Source: Candidatus Omnitrophota bacterium
Lineage (GTDB): Bacteria > Omnitrophota > Gorgyraeia > Zapsychrales > JANLHA01
NCBI GenBank assembly: GCA_029560465.1
Contig: JAKQKX010000045.1
Location: 24,260-88,259 of the forward strand
Length of the DNA stretch: 64,000 bases
Direction: 5' to 3'
A model generated the notes under the pieces. It had not been told where the DNA came from. It saw only the letters and a list, made by a program, of their open reading frames with translations, and did not search any database. The position numbers and the translations under genes are program-made. Positions 40,441 through 51,140 of the stretch are shown here, one piece after another. The stretch's first letter is position 1. The number at the start of each line of letters is the position of its first letter.

Positions 40441-41502
40441 TTAACAAATACGGGGCAGCTGTTCTCCGGACAACATGTCCAAAACGCGCTCCACGCCAAT
40501 AGGGCTTAAAGAACACACCAGGCCCCGGGGATCAGGCCCGCGGACCCGACCGATCACCGCCGCCTGTTTTCCACAGGGATCGTCCCTTAGAACCGCGAGC
40601 GCCTGCTTGAGATGCGGCTCCGGGATAAACAGCACCAGGCGTCCTTCACAGGCGACATAAAGCGGGTCAAGCCCCAAAATTTCACAGGCGCCCCGCACAT
40701 CAGCCCGGACAGGGATTAGGTCCTCTTCTATTAAGAAATTTAAACCGGCCGCCTCCGCAATCTCATTCAAGGTGGCGCTCAAACCACCGCGTGTGATGTC
40801 ACGCAGACAATGAAGCGGGACGCCGGCCCCCATCAATTTCTGCACCAGCGTGGCCAGAGGCGCAGAATCGCTGGTAATTTCACTTTCATATTCCAGGCCT
40901 TCCCGGCTGGCCATGACCGCCATCCCATGCCGGCCGAGGTCCCCGTTGACCAGGATCAGGTCTCCCGGCCGGACCTCAAGAGGACTGATGACGGAATCAT
41001 GCTCCAAAACCCCGATGCCGGCTGTGTTAATATACACGCCGTCTCCTTTTCCGCGCTCAACAACTTTCGTGTCCCCCGTGACAATCTGCACGCACGCCTT
41101 TTGGGCCGCCGCGGACATCGAACGGGCAATGCGCACTAGGGTCTCCATGGGCAACCCTTCCTCAATAATAAACCCGGTGCTGATAAAAAGCGGCCGGGCT
41201 CCGGACATGGCCAGGTCATTCACCGTCCCGTAAACAGCCAAAGAACCAATATCTCCTCCCGGGAAAAAAAGCGGATGGACAACATAGGAATCCGTGGTAA
41301 AGGCCAGCCTCTGCCCCGGGCTCGCCAAAACGGCAGCGTCATGCCGGGTATCCAGCATAGGATTCTGAAACGCGGCATGAAAAACCCCACTGATCATTTC
41401 GTGCATCAACCGCCCTCCCCCACCATGCGCCAACAGGACATGTTGAGACTTCTTGAAAGGAATCGGACAAGCCGCGTTGAATCCACTGGAATCGCTGGTC
41501 AA
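40441..41502 (-). CDS. hypE: Hydrogenase maturation carbamoyl dehydratase HypE
   Basis: HGGGG, TTDSYVV, GDTKVV and C-terminal LPRIC; probable TTG start overlapping the hypD stop. Confidence 0.96.
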   Translation of the reverse strand: MTSDSSGFNAACPIPFKKSQHVLLAHGGGGRLMHEMISGVFHAAFQNPMLDTRHDAAVLASPGQRLAFTTDSYVVHPLFFPGGDIGSLAVYGTVNDLAMSGARPLFISTGFIIEEGLPMETLVRIARSMSAAAQKACVQIVTGDTKVVERGKGDGVYINTAGIGVLEHDSVISPLEVRPGDLILVNGDLGRHGMAVMASREGLEYESEITSDSAPLATLVQKLMGAGVPLHCLRDITRGGLSATLNEIAEAAGLNFLIEEDLIPVRADVRGACEILGLDPLYVACEGRLVLFIPEPHLKQALAVLRDDPCGKQAAVIGRVRGPDPRGLVCSLSPIGVERVLDMLSGEQLPRIC

Positions 41503-42623
41503 GAGATCACCCCCCTTTCCCGGGGTTTTCCGAAGTCCGTGAACCGCCGATAGCGGTAATACGCGGCGCACGCCCCCTCGGAAGACACCATCGTCGCCCC
41601 CAAAGGATGCTGGGGAGTGCAGCGTTGGCCAAAGGCCGGACACTCGCCCGGTTTCTTTAACCCCTGCAAGATGAGCCCGCTGATGCACTCCTCCGGCTCT
41701 TCCCGGGTCATCCCCGACAAACCGAACCGCCCTTCGGCGTCAAACGATTGGTATTGCTCGCGCAGCTTCAGCCCGCTGTGCGGGATGTCGCCCACGCCAC
41801 GCCATTTCCGGGGAGCCACTTCAAAAACTTCTTTGATAATCTCCTGCGCCGGAGCGTTTCCTCCCCTTTTGACCGCGCGGCTATACTGATTTTCCACCTC
41901 ATACCGGCCTTGCTCCAACTGCCGGACAACCATGAGGATGCCCTGCAGGATATCCAAAGGTTCAAAACCAGTCACCACGATGGGAACCTTAAACTCCCGT
42001 GCTATCGGGATATATTCTTCATACCCCATCACAGCGCAGACATGCCCGGCGGCGAGAAAACCCTCCACCCGGTTTTGAGGGGAAGACAGGATGGCCCGCA
42101 TCGCCGGGGGCACCAAAACGTGAGAAACAAGCATAAAAAAATTCTTGATTTGTTGCTGATAAGCCTGGTAAACCGCCATGGCATTGCCCGGAGCGGTCGT
42201 CTCAAAACCGATAGCAAAAAAAACCACCTGGCGGGACGGGTTGGCTTTGGCCAATGACAACGCGTCCAACGGGGAATACACGATCCGGACATCACCGCCC
42301 TCTGCCTTCACGGTCAGCAGGTCTTTCCCGCTGCCCGGGACCCGCAGCATATCCCCGAACGAGCAGAAAATAACCTCCGGCCGCGCGGCAATATCCAGCG
42401 CCTTGTCGATCAGCTCCAACGGCGTCACGCACACCGGGCAGCCCGGGCCATGAACCAGGGTGATCTGCCCCGGGAGCAGGACATCCACGCCGAACTTCAC
42501 GATCGCATGCGTCTGCCCGCCGCAAATTTCCATGATCACATGCGGTTTTGTCGTAATACGGTGAATCGCCCGGGATATTTTCCGGGCCAAAGCCGGATCA
42601 CGGTATTCATCAAGATACTTCAT
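41499..42623 (-). CDS. hypD: Hydrogenase formation protein HypD
   Basis: CGGQT, GPGCPVC, GFETT and MVSSEGAC motifs. Confidence 0.98.
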   Translation of the reverse strand: MKYLDEYRDPALARKISRAIHRITTKPHVIMEICGGQTHAIVKFGVDVLLPGQITLVHGPGCPVCVTPLELIDKALDIAARPEVIFCSFGDMLRVPGSGKDLLTVKAEGGDVRIVYSPLDALSLAKANPSRQVVFFAIGFETTAPGNAMAVYQAYQQQIKNFFMLVSHVLVPPAMRAILSSPQNRVEGFLAAGHVCAVMGYEEYIPIAREFKVPIVVTGFEPLDILQGILMVVRQLEQGRYEVENQYSRAVKRGGNAPAQEIIKEVFEVAPRKWRGVGDIPHSGLKLREQYQSFDAEGRFGLSGMTREEPEECISGLILQGLKKPGECPAFGQRCTPQHPLGATMVSSEGACAAYYRYRRFTDFGKPRERGVIS

Positions 42624-42880
42624 TGAGAGGAACCCTCCGCCGACTCATCGGGGATGTCCTCGATGTCCTTCAACAATTCAAACACGCCCAAGGCTTCCGA
42701 TTCATCAACAAGATTAATCGCGAATCCCGCATGCACAAGCGCATAATCACCCACCTTCGCCTCGGGGACATAGGCGAGGGACACTTGTTTTGTCACACCG
42801 CCGAAACGGATTTTACCCAAACGGTAAAAAGGGTCGTCCCCTTCAATGCTGACAATCTGTCCTGGAATCGCCAAGCACAT
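42620..42880 (-). CDS. hypC: Hydrogenase assembly chaperone HypC
   Basis: Starts MCLAIPG at the ATG at 42880; VHAGFA motif. Confidence 0.97.
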   Translation of the reverse strand: MCLAIPGQIVSIEGDDPFYRLGKIRFGGVTKQVSLAYVPEAKVGDYALVHAGFAINLVDESEALGVFELLKDIEDIPDESAEGSSQ

Positions 42881-42927
42881 CTTTTCCATCTCCTTCGGGA
42901 CTCCGCGTGCAAAGGCGGCGCCCTTGT

Positions 42928-45315
42928 TTAAGCCGGCGCCCCCTTGAGCGCCGCGCAAACCGCCTGCCCCAGGGAAATTCCCCCGTCATTAGGCGGAATA
43001 TTTTGATGCCAGTATGGCTGAAACCCCGCCGCGCGCAGTTGAAGGATCAGCCCTTCCGTTAACCGTTTGTTCTGAAAACAACCCCCGCTTAACACAATTT
43101 TCTTCTTGCCGGCGCACCGGGCGATATCCACGGCTATGGCGATCAGGGTATTATGAAATTTTGCCGATATAAAATTCAAGTTGAGTTCTGCCCTGGCATC
43201 CGCGACAATCGCCTTTAACATCGGGCGCCAGTCCGCAACCCAGGGCCCCATCTCCGGAAGAGACCCGCCCCGCTTGACATCATAGCCATAGCGTTCCCCG
43301 GTTTCAAAACCGCGAGCGGCGAACTCCAAAGCCATGGCCGCCTGGCCTTCAAAACAGGCCCCATCCCGGACTCCTGTCAACGCGGCAACAGCATCAAAAA
43401 GCCGCCCGACACTGGAGACCTGCGGGGTATTAATTTGTTTCTCAATCATCCTGTTTAAAACCTTTAATTCCTGATCAGAACGGGAGCGGAAACACGGCAG
43501 ACAGCGGACATCCGTCATGTCCCCGTCCATGGCCTCCCAAAGCGCCCCCCACGCGGCCCGCCAAGGTTCTTTGACCGCTATTTCTCCGCCGGGCAGCGGG
43601 AACGGCCGGAAGAACCCTCCCCGGATAAAATCCGTTAAAGAAGAAATAAGGAACTCCCCGCCCCAAATCGTCGCGTCCAGACCGTAACCGGTCCCATCCC
43701 AAGCCAGGCCCAAAACCTCTTCGTCCAGGTCATTATCAACCATACACGCCACAATATGGGCATGGTGATGCTGCACCGGCACTAAAGGCAAACCCCGGTG
43801 CCCCGCCTCCCGGGTTGAGATGTAATCCGGGTGCCGGTCATGCGCGACCTGTTCCACCGGGGCCTGATACAAGTCTATCAACGCGCCTGCGGTCTTTTGA
43901 AACGTCTTCAGCGCGGCGCGGGTATCCAGATCCCCGATATGCTGGCTCACAAAAATATTGTCCCCCACTGTTAAAGCCACCGTGTTCTTTTGCTGACCTC
44001 CCATCGCCAACGTGGCGCGCCCGGACCTCCCACAACGGACCGGCAGTGGGGCATACCCCCGGGCCCGGCGCAGCAACAAGGGGCGGCCGGCCATGACTCT
44101 GGCGAGGGAATCATCCACCTGACGGACAATCGGGCGGTCATGAACAAGAAAACAATCCGCGATGTTTTTCAAACGGGCGAGCGCCTCTGTTTCATCAATA
44201 CAAACCGGCTCATCCGAAATATTACCGCTGGTGGCGACAAGGGGAGACCCCATCTCCCGCAGAAGAATATGGTGCAAAGGCGTGAAAGGAAGCATGGCCC
44301 CCACATCTGGATTTCCAGGCGCCACGGCCAAGGCCACCCGCCCGCCAGCAGGCATTCCAGAAACGGATATCCTTTCCAACAGCACAATCGGCGCCATAAG
44401 CGATTCGAGCAACCGGAGCTCCTCCGCGTTCACCCGACAAGCCCGGGATACCGCATCCAAAGAAGGAAACATGACCGCAAAAGGCTTTTCGTCACGCTGC
44501 TTGCGCCTGCGTAAACGCTGAACCGCCTCCTCGTCCTCGGCATCAACCATAAGGTGAAAACCGCCCAGGCCTTTGACCGCCACCACCTGCCCCTGCCGAA
44601 ACGCCTGAACAGCCATATTCAGCGCGTCCCGCTGCCGCGCCATGACGCGCCCCGCTCCATCCCAAAATGTGACCTGCGGGCCGCAAGCCGGACAAGCCAC
44701 CGGCTGTGCGTGAAAGAACCTGGATGCCGGATTTTCATACTCCTGCCGGCACGACGCACACATGGTAAACCCGGACATGGATGTGTTCGCCCGGTCATAA
44801 GGAAGCCGTTGGATGATCGCATAACGGGGGCCACAATGCGTGCAATTAATAAAAGGATACAGGTACCGGCGGTTGCCCGGGGCAAAAACCTCTGCCAGGC
44901 AATCCGGGCAGGTCGCGATATCGGGCATAATCATAGCCGTGCGTTGTTCCTCATCCAAACTGGGACGTATTTCAAAATCAGTATAATTCAATGGATCGAA
45001 AAACGACAGCTGCATATTGTCAATGAACGCCAGCACCGGTTTATCCGAAATAATTTTGTCTCTAAAAAGCCTTAATTCTTCTGACGGGCCTTCCGCTTCC
45101 AACAAAACTCCCGCTAAAGAATTGCTCACCCACCCCGTCAACCCCAGCTCGCGGGCCAGACGAAAAATAAAAGGGCGGAACCCCACACCTTGCACGGCGC
45201 CCCGGATTTCAACACGGATCCTTTGCCGGCCCCCGGCCGAAAGCTGCCCACGCCCAGTATCTCGCCTTGTCACCCCCGCCACCGTTTCCCCCCGCATCAC
45301 TGAAAACCTAGCCAT
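42928..45315 (-). CDS. hypF: Carbamoyltransferase HypF
   Basis: VQGVGFRP, CxxC zinc fingers, KGLGGFHL, QHHHAH and PPNDGG motifs. Confidence 0.97.
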   Translation of the reverse strand: MARFSVMRGETVAGVTRRDTGRGQLSAGGRQRIRVEIRGAVQGVGFRPFIFRLARELGLTGWVSNSLAGVLLEAEGPSEELRLFRDKIISDKPVLAFIDNMQLSFFDPLNYTDFEIRPSLDEEQRTAMIMPDIATCPDCLAEVFAPGNRRYLYPFINCTHCGPRYAIIQRLPYDRANTSMSGFTMCASCRQEYENPASRFFHAQPVACPACGPQVTFWDGAGRVMARQRDALNMAVQAFRQGQVVAVKGLGGFHLMVDAEDEEAVQRLRRRKQRDEKPFAVMFPSLDAVSRACRVNAEELRLLESLMAPIVLLERISVSGMPAGGRVALAVAPGNPDVGAMLPFTPLHHILLREMGSPLVATSGNISDEPVCIDETEALARLKNIADCFLVHDRPIVRQVDDSLARVMAGRPLLLRRARGYAPLPVRCGRSGRATLAMGGQQKNTVALTVGDNIFVSQHIGDLDTRAALKTFQKTAGALIDLYQAPVEQVAHDRHPDYISTREAGHRGLPLVPVQHHHAHIVACMVDNDLDEEVLGLAWDGTGYGLDATIWGGEFLISSLTDFIRGGFFRPFPLPGGEIAVKEPWRAAWGALWEAMDGDMTDVRCLPCFRSRSDQELKVLNRMIEKQINTPQVSSVGRLFDAVAALTGVRDGACFEGQAAMALEFAARGFETGERYGYDVKRGGSLPEMGPWVADWRPMLKAIVADARAELNLNFISAKFHNTLIAIAVDIARCAGKKKIVLSGGCFQNKRLTEGLILQLRAAGFQPYWHQNIPPNDGGISLGQAVCAALKGAPA

Positions 45316-47402
45316 CGCCCCCCCTGATAAACAGTCAATGCCGCAACGTAAGCGATGCCTGTCATATAGACGAATTGAAAAGCCGGCCAGAGCCAACTGT
45401 TTGTTTCGCGCCAGGTCACCACCAACGTGCTGAAACACTGCATCGCGAACACATAGAAAATCAATAAACTGACGCAGACCAGGGGCGTGAACAGCACGCG
45501 CCCATCCGGCCACCGGGCTTCCGAAAAAGCGCTGTGCAAGGACGCGGCATCCCCTGAATCATCGATATTAAAAGCGATGTTCATTGTGCTGACAAAAATT
45601 TCCCGGGCCGCCAACGAGCCGATGAGGCCGATCCCGATCCGCCAGTCATAGCCCAGCGGTCTAATAACCGGCTCCATCAGGACACCGGCCCGCCCGGCGA
45701 AACTGTGACGCAGCGCGACATCCCCGGAGGCGCCCGGCAATTTCGGATACGTCATGAGCGCCCAGAGGATCACTGAAAAAATTAGAATAACCGTCCCGGC
45801 TTTCTTTAAAAATAACTGGCTGCGTTCCCACATGTGCAGAAACGTCGCTTTCAACGTCGGAAAGCGGTACGGGGGCAATTCCATTATAAAAGGAGGCGTG
45901 GGCCCTTTGAAAATAGTATGCTTGAAAACCCAGGCCATCAAAATCGCCCCCAGGATCCCCGTAAGATATAAGCTCAACATGATCCCGGCCTTTTCAAACG
46001 GAGAAGTATTAGGGATGAGCACGGCAATCATCAGCGCGAACACGGGAAGGCGGGCCGAGCACACCATCAGCGGCGAAACCAGGATGGTGACCAAGCGGTC
46101 CTTCGGATTTTCAATGGACCGGCAGGCCATAATGCTGGGGATCGCGCAGGCAAAACCGCATAATAAAGGGATAAATGCTTTACCATGCAGCCCGACCCGG
46201 CTCATCAGGCGGTCCATGATAAATGCGGCCCGGGCCATGTACCCGGTATCCTGCATCAGGGAAATAAAAAAGAACAGCGTCAGGATCTGAGGTAAGAACA
46301 CCACCACCCCGCCAACCCCGGCGATGATTCCGTCCGTTAACAGATCCCGGATATCCCCGGCGGGAAGAACGCTTTTAAGTTCGGCAGAAAGCAACTCGAA
46401 CCCTTTCGAAATCCATTCCATGGGATAGGCCGCAATGGTGAAAATCATGTAAAACATCAACACCATAACACTCACAAAAACCACCCAGCCCCAAACCCGG
46501 TGAGTCAAGACGGCGTCAAAACGTTCGGTCTTCCTTATTTTTGGATCCGGGAGGTCTGTCAGGACCCCCTCAAGAATCCGGTGTATCCAGTCATACCTGG
46601 CTTCAATCACCGCAGAGCGCCATTTGACCCCGGCCCGCGTCAACCTCTGCCGCGCGTCCTGAACCATGGCTGTCCCGATGTCCGAAACCCCGTGCTCAAG
46701 AAGATGGTGCTTGGCGATAGGCGTTGACAAATGGATCACGGCTTCCGAGAAGGCTGTGAACCGGTCCATCTTTCGGTCAGTACACAACCACTGGGCGAAC
46801 AGGGCGACCTCTTCTTCCATCACGGCGGGCATACGCCATTCCCGGAGCGGGACAGGTTCAACACCGCGGGCGAGAATGGTCTTTAACTCCTCAATGCCCT
46901 GCTCTTTGGAGGCGACCATGGGAACTACCGGCATGCGCAGGACCGCCTGAAGTTTTTGCGGGTCAATGGCCCGTCCCTGTTTAACCGTTTCATCCATCAT
47001 GTTCAGCGCCACCACAACCGGGATGCCCAGATCCTGCACCTGACTGACAAGATATAAATTCCGCTCGATATTACTGGCATCCACGATGCACACCACAACA
47101 TCAGGCCGCGTGGTATCATTCATATGACCCAAAAGCACATCCCGGACAACCTGCTCGTCGGGCGACTGCACCGCGAGGCTGTAAGTCCCAGGAAGATCAA
47201 GGACATTCATGGCCTTCCCGTCCGGCAAAATGGCCCGGCCTAATTTTTTCTCAACCGTGACCCCGGGATAATTCCCGACCTTCTGACGGAGGCGGGTCAA
47301 GGCATTAAAAACCGTCGACTTGCCGGAATTGGGATTCCCGACCAAAGCCACGGTCATAAACCGCTCTTCCTGCTCCAGTAATACTGAACGCGTAAGAGAC
47401 AT
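45297..47402 (-). CDS. feoB: Ferrous iron transporter B
   Basis: GNPNSGKS, VGNYPGVTVE, DLPG and NMMD G-protein motifs, then a gate-containing TM domain. Confidence 0.97.
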   Translation of the reverse strand: MSLTRSVLLEQEERFMTVALVGNPNSGKSTVFNALTRLRQKVGNYPGVTVEKKLGRAILPDGKAMNVLDLPGTYSLAVQSPDEQVVRDVLLGHMNDTTRPDVVVCIVDASNIERNLYLVSQVQDLGIPVVVALNMMDETVKQGRAIDPQKLQAVLRMPVVPMVASKEQGIEELKTILARGVEPVPLREWRMPAVMEEEVALFAQWLCTDRKMDRFTAFSEAVIHLSTPIAKHHLLEHGVSDIGTAMVQDARQRLTRAGVKWRSAVIEARYDWIHRILEGVLTDLPDPKIRKTERFDAVLTHRVWGWVVFVSVMVLMFYMIFTIAAYPMEWISKGFELLSAELKSVLPAGDIRDLLTDGIIAGVGGVVVFLPQILTLFFFISLMQDTGYMARAAFIMDRLMSRVGLHGKAFIPLLCGFACAIPSIMACRSIENPKDRLVTILVSPLMVCSARLPVFALMIAVLIPNTSPFEKAGIMLSLYLTGILGAILMAWVFKHTIFKGPTPPFIMELPPYRFPTLKATFLHMWERSQLFLKKAGTVILIFSVILWALMTYPKLPGASGDVALRHSFAGRAGVLMEPVIRPLGYDWRIGIGLIGSLAAREIFVSTMNIAFNIDDSGDAASLHSAFSEARWPDGRVLFTPLVCVSLLIFYVFAMQCFSTLVVTWRETNSWLWPAFQFVYMTGIAYVAALTVYQGGRWLGFQ

Positions 47403-47431
47403 CGAGTTAATTCCTTTTGTTGTGACTGGCC

Positions 47432-47665
47432 TTACTGCGGGTCGACCAGAATCATATCCGCTTCCTTCTTGCGGATCGTCAAATGATAACCCCGGACTTT
47501 TATTTCCACCGGATCCCCCATCGGTGCATAACGGATGATTTGAACGGGGCAACCCGGGGTGACCCCCATTTCCAGCAAACGCTGGACAATCTGGTCATCG
47601 CCAGCCAGATCCATGACTATCCCCTTTTGCCCGATCCGCAAAGTATTGATTGAACAGGCTCCCAT
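47432..47665 (-). CDS. feoA: Ferrous iron transport protein A
   Basis: RLLEMG..PG and APMGDP motifs. Confidence 0.95.
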   Translation of the reverse strand: MGACSINTLRIGQKGIVMDLAGDDQIVQRLLEMGVTPGCPVQIIRYAPMGDPVEIKVRGYHLTIRKKEADMILVDPQ

Positions 47666-47691
47666 GAAAAACCGTCTCCTTCTTTTACCCC

Positions 47692-48144
47692 CTATGAGGC
47701 CTCACCCCCGGCCAAAACGGCAGCACATTGGCGGCAAACCCCAAAAAGTTCGTACCGTAATTTTCTTATGGTAAAATCCTTCCGCTTCGCCAGATTAACG
47801 CTCATATCCCTAATCCCTTCATCAAAGATCTCAAAGTCCCGGCCGCATTGCGTGCAAATACAATGCGCGTGATAATCCCTTTTCCATTTACGTTCATACC
47901 GTTTCACGCCATCATTAAAATCAACCTCTTCAGCCAGCCCGCAATCTGCGATCAGTTTGAGCGTCCGGTAAACCGTCGTGTACCCGATCTCCGGGTAGTC
48001 TTGGCTCACAAGCCCATGAAGTTCCTGGGCGCTGATATGGGTTCTTGATTTTAAAAAAATACCCAAAATTTTTTCGCGTTTTGAAGACCGGTGGCAGCCT
48101 TTCTGGCTCACATGCTGCCGAAACACCTGGATCGCGTTTGTCAT
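47692..48144 (-). CDS. fur: Fur-family transcriptional regulator
   Basis: TVYRTL, HAHCICTQCG and C-terminal CRQC; directly upstream of feoAB. Confidence 0.92.
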   Translation of the reverse strand: MTNAIQVFRQHVSQKGCHRSSKREKILGIFLKSRTHISAQELHGLVSQDYPEIGYTTVYRTLKLIADCGLAEEVDFNDGVKRYERKWKRDYHAHCICTQCGRDFEIFDEGIRDMSVNLAKRKDFTIRKLRYELFGVCRQCAAVLAGGEAS

Positions 48145-48160
48145 ACCTTCCCCTTAAAGA

Positions 48161-48210
48161 TGAAATTGATTTTCAAGATAACATCATAACAAAGTCCGGG
48201 CTAAAGTCAA
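48161..48210 (-). promoter_or_regulatory. fur-feoAB promoter with a Fur-box-like 7-1-7 palindrome
   Basis: TTGACT-16 bp-TATGAT (48210-48183), followed by TGAAAAT-C-AATTTCA (48175-48161); Fur consensus is TGATAAT-N-ATTATCA. Confidence 0.7.
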
Positions 48211-48345
48211 GAGAAGTTCGGCCCGCATATTTCCCGAGGATTCTATAACTACTTCATATTTTTTATTTTATAAAACGATCTCTGGGAAAACGCATAAACG
48301 CAACGGAGGCCGGGAGAGGAGACGTGATGAAGTCCAACGTGGAGA

Positions 48346-48588
48346 TTATTCACAGTCAAATGAAACCAAACGCAATTCCCGGGTTGGGCTTTTTTCCAGG
48401 ATAATTTCCGCACCCTGGAGAGGAGTGCCCTTGCCCTGTTCAGCAAAAAAATACTTTAAAATATCTTCGTTGATTTCCGTATATTCGCCCATGCGTAAAT
48501 ATATTTTCGTCACCCTCGCCGCATTCTGCTGGGCGGCCATTTCCAATAAATCTTTATGCAAATCCTTGATCAAATGCATTTCATGCAT
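48346..48588 (-). CDS. hypA: Minimal HypA nickel chaperone lacking the zinc-finger subdomain
   Basis: MHE N-terminus and C-terminal RELRLVSF strand, but only 80 aa and no CxxC pairs. Confidence 0.85.
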   Translation of the reverse strand: MHEMHLIKDLHKDLLEMAAQQNAARVTKIYLRMGEYTEINEDILKYFFAEQGKGTPLQGAEIILEKSPTRELRLVSFDCE

Positions 48589-49084
48589 CACGCCCTCCCC
48601 CTAAATAATTAAAAAGATTGGTCATTTCCTGCGACAAAGCATCCGCGGCTTCCTTCACTTCCGGTGATAACCCCTCCCCCGGCACAACTGAACAAACCTG
48701 AATACCGATAAAAACCGTTGTGGCCCCGGTTTCCTCTTCAATCAGCCTCGTAACAACATTCAGGGGGATGGCGTGCGTCGACAGGGTCGAAGTCGGGATC
48801 AGGTCCTCCTCAATAATCCTCACTTCTCCCGGACGGCCGTGAAAATCAGCCGCGTCTATAACGATGATGTAATCGGGGTTAACCTGAATGGCCTGGTCAA
48901 TAATATTTTCGGGCGTATACCCGGCATCCAGGATCGGCACAAGCACGCGGCCTTTCAAGGCCTCATATAGGTACGGACCAACCCCGTCATCACTGCGGAA
49001 GCTGTTGCCCGCGGTGATGACAAGATTGGTTCCTGGCCTTGGCTTTAACGCCTCAAAGATTTCAGCGGTTAATAAATTTGACAT
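48581..49084 (-). CDS. Hydrogenase maturation endopeptidase (HycI-like)
   Basis: GNSFRSDDGVG, TPEN, IDAA and STH motifs; follows the large subunit. Confidence 0.92.
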   Translation of the reverse strand: MSNLLTAEIFEALKPRPGTNLVITAGNSFRSDDGVGPYLYEALKGRVLVPILDAGYTPENIIDQAIQVNPDYIIVIDAADFHGRPGEVRIIEEDLIPTSTLSTHAIPLNVVTRLIEEETGATTVFIGIQVCSVVPGEGLSPEVKEAADALSQEMTNLFNYLGGGRDA

Positions 49085-50390
49085 TCAGAAAATGAGCGGA
49101 GCAGGAAATGCACGGGTCATAAGCGCGCACAAGCATTTCCAGTCTCAGGGTGATGTCCTCATCATTCAGGGTCAAGATTTCCGGGACCAGCTTCTTCATA
49201 TCATGTTCGATATTGTTAACGTTCTGATTGGTTGGGATAATGCAATTGGCATTGACGATTTTCCCATGCCCATCGACCTCATAATCGTGGAATAAAATGC
49301 CCCGGGGCACTTCAACCGCGCCCACACCGCGGCCGGCTTTAACCGGGATCCGGCCGTTTTCATTCAGCCCGACCACAAGCTCTTCCTCATAATCAATTCC
49401 GTCTTCTTGAAACGCCTTCAGGATGCGGATAGCATCGTGAAGGCAATGCACGCATTCGATCAGCTGGGCGGCGGTGTTTAAATACGGATTCGTGGTGACC
49501 GGCTTTAATCCGATCGCCTCGGCGACCGCTTTGGCTTTGGGATGAAGCTTTTTGTAGTTCAGGTTCACACGGGCCAAAGCACCGACCATGTAAGAATCCT
49601 TGCTCCACTTGGTGTGCTTGGCGGATGAATGCGGCACGACGTACTCGTTGGTCACGGACCTGTAATCCTCTTTCTTCACCCGTTTGCCTTCCGTGGATCC
49701 GACATCTCCCATCAAAAGCGGGTATTCCTTCTCATCGCTGACCAACCCCACATATTCCGTCGGACGGTTAAATTCCGGAAACTTCAAGGTCGCGGCCAGC
49801 GCCACGGTGGCGTCCATATCCGGCAACAGGACTTTTTCCAACAGCTCCAGCATGGCGTCTAACGCCTTTTCTGTCGGCAGCTTGGTAAACCCGCCCACGA
49901 TCGATGAAATCGGATGCACATGCCGGCCCACGAGGATATCGCAGATATCATTACAGGTCTTTTTCATGCGCAGAGCCCGTCTCACGACTTCATTATGCGT
50001 GGCGATGAGCGGCACAAAACTCTTCACTCCCAGGAGGTCCGGGGCCACCAGCAGATAAATATGCAGCAGGTGACTGTCAAGTTCTTCCATGTGCAGAAGA
50101 AACTTGCGCAATTCCGTCGTTTGCCGGGACGGCTTGAACCCGATCGCCTGTTCCGCCGCCTGGATCGAAGCCAGCGTGTGCCCGCAGGAACAGATGCCGC
50201 AGATCCGGCAGGTAATATGCTGGGCTTCAAAAATCGAGCGGCCGCGGAGCATCCCTTCAAAAAAACGGGGAGACTCGACAATTTCAAGGCGGCAATCTTC
50301 CAATTTGCTGTCCTTGACGTTCACCACAATGTTTCCGTGGCCTTCGACACGGGTCAAATACTCGACATTAACCTTAACATTTCTGCTCAT
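49062..50390 (-). CDS. Group 3b [NiFe] sulfhydrogenase large (alpha) subunit
   Basis: TRVEGHG; L1 motif CRICGICSCGH; L2 motif RAYDPCISCSAH followed by a 9-aa cleavable tail. Confidence 0.94.
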   Translation of the reverse strand: MSRNVKVNVEYLTRVEGHGNIVVNVKDSKLEDCRLEIVESPRFFEGMLRGRSIFEAQHITCRICGICSCGHTLASIQAAEQAIGFKPSRQTTELRKFLLHMEELDSHLLHIYLLVAPDLLGVKSFVPLIATHNEVVRRALRMKKTCNDICDILVGRHVHPISSIVGGFTKLPTEKALDAMLELLEKVLLPDMDATVALAATLKFPEFNRPTEYVGLVSDEKEYPLLMGDVGSTEGKRVKKEDYRSVTNEYVVPHSSAKHTKWSKDSYMVGALARVNLNYKKLHPKAKAVAEAIGLKPVTTNPYLNTAAQLIECVHCLHDAIRILKAFQEDGIDYEEELVVGLNENGRIPVKAGRGVGAVEVPRGILFHDYEVDGHGKIVNANCIIPTNQNVNNIEHDMKKLVPEILTLNDEDITLRLEMLVRAYDPCISCSAHFLNVKFINR

Positions 50391-51138
50391 GAGTCTTCTT
50401 CTCCTCTAAATCCCGGGCTTTATTGTACATATTGAATTTATTCTCAATCCAGTCCGGGGAGATCTTGTGCCTCTCCAAAACATCCTTCTGCCCCTTCTCG
50501 GCGGGATTGGAAACCATGCCGCGGCACCCATAACAGATGTTCCCGTTGTTAATACACCAGGAATTACAGCCGGCCCGGGTGATGGGCCCCATGCACGCAA
50601 CCCCTTTTTCGTACAGGCACACATTCTCATTCAGCTTGCACTCGGTGCAGACCGGGTCATCCGGAACCCGGTACGGCATCCCGGCCAAAGCGCATTTCAA
50701 GACTTTAACAAATTCCGGGATATACACCGGGCAGCCATGCACGAAATAATCCACCGGGACCACCTGATGAACCGCCCGGGTGGGGATGGTATCAAAATAG
50801 CCCGCTTTATCCTGGTATACATATTTCTGAATATCATCGAGGGGGAAATTATTCTTCATCCCGTTCACCCCGCCGTTCGTCGCGCAGGAGCCGTAAGCGA
50901 TCAGGACTTTGGCCGTCTCGCGGATTTTCTTGATGCGTTCCACCGCGTGTTTCGTGGTGATGCTCCCCTCCACGACCGCGACATCATAGACCGCGGACTT
51001 CTCGGACATCACCTCCCGGAACTCGACAACATCGATAAGCTCCAAGACGTCCAGTAATGCTTCCCCCATGTTGGCCACCTGCAGCTGGCAGCCCTCACAA
51101 CAGGCGAAATCGAAAAACGCAACTTTGACTTTATTCAT
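50374..51138 (-). CDS. Group 3b hydrogenase small (delta) subunit
   Basis: CCEGC, GSCA, GCP, VCTEC, CMGP and CYGCRG motifs. Confidence 0.93.
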   Translation of the reverse strand: MNKVKVAFFDFACCEGCQLQVANMGEALLDVLELIDVVEFREVMSEKSAVYDVAVVEGSITTKHAVERIKKIRETAKVLIAYGSCATNGGVNGMKNNFPLDDIQKYVYQDKAGYFDTIPTRAVHQVVPVDYFVHGCPVYIPEFVKVLKCALAGMPYRVPDDPVCTECKLNENVCLYEKGVACMGPITRAGCNSWCINNGNICYGCRGMVSNPAEKGQKDVLERHKISPDWIENKFNMYNKARDLEEKKTHEQKC

Positions 51139-51140
51139 AA

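Noticed and set aside
49062-50390. Selenocysteine ([NiFeSe]) or recoding in the hydrogenase large subunit
   Set aside because: Both CxxC motifs use ordinary Cys codons and there is no in-frame TGA.
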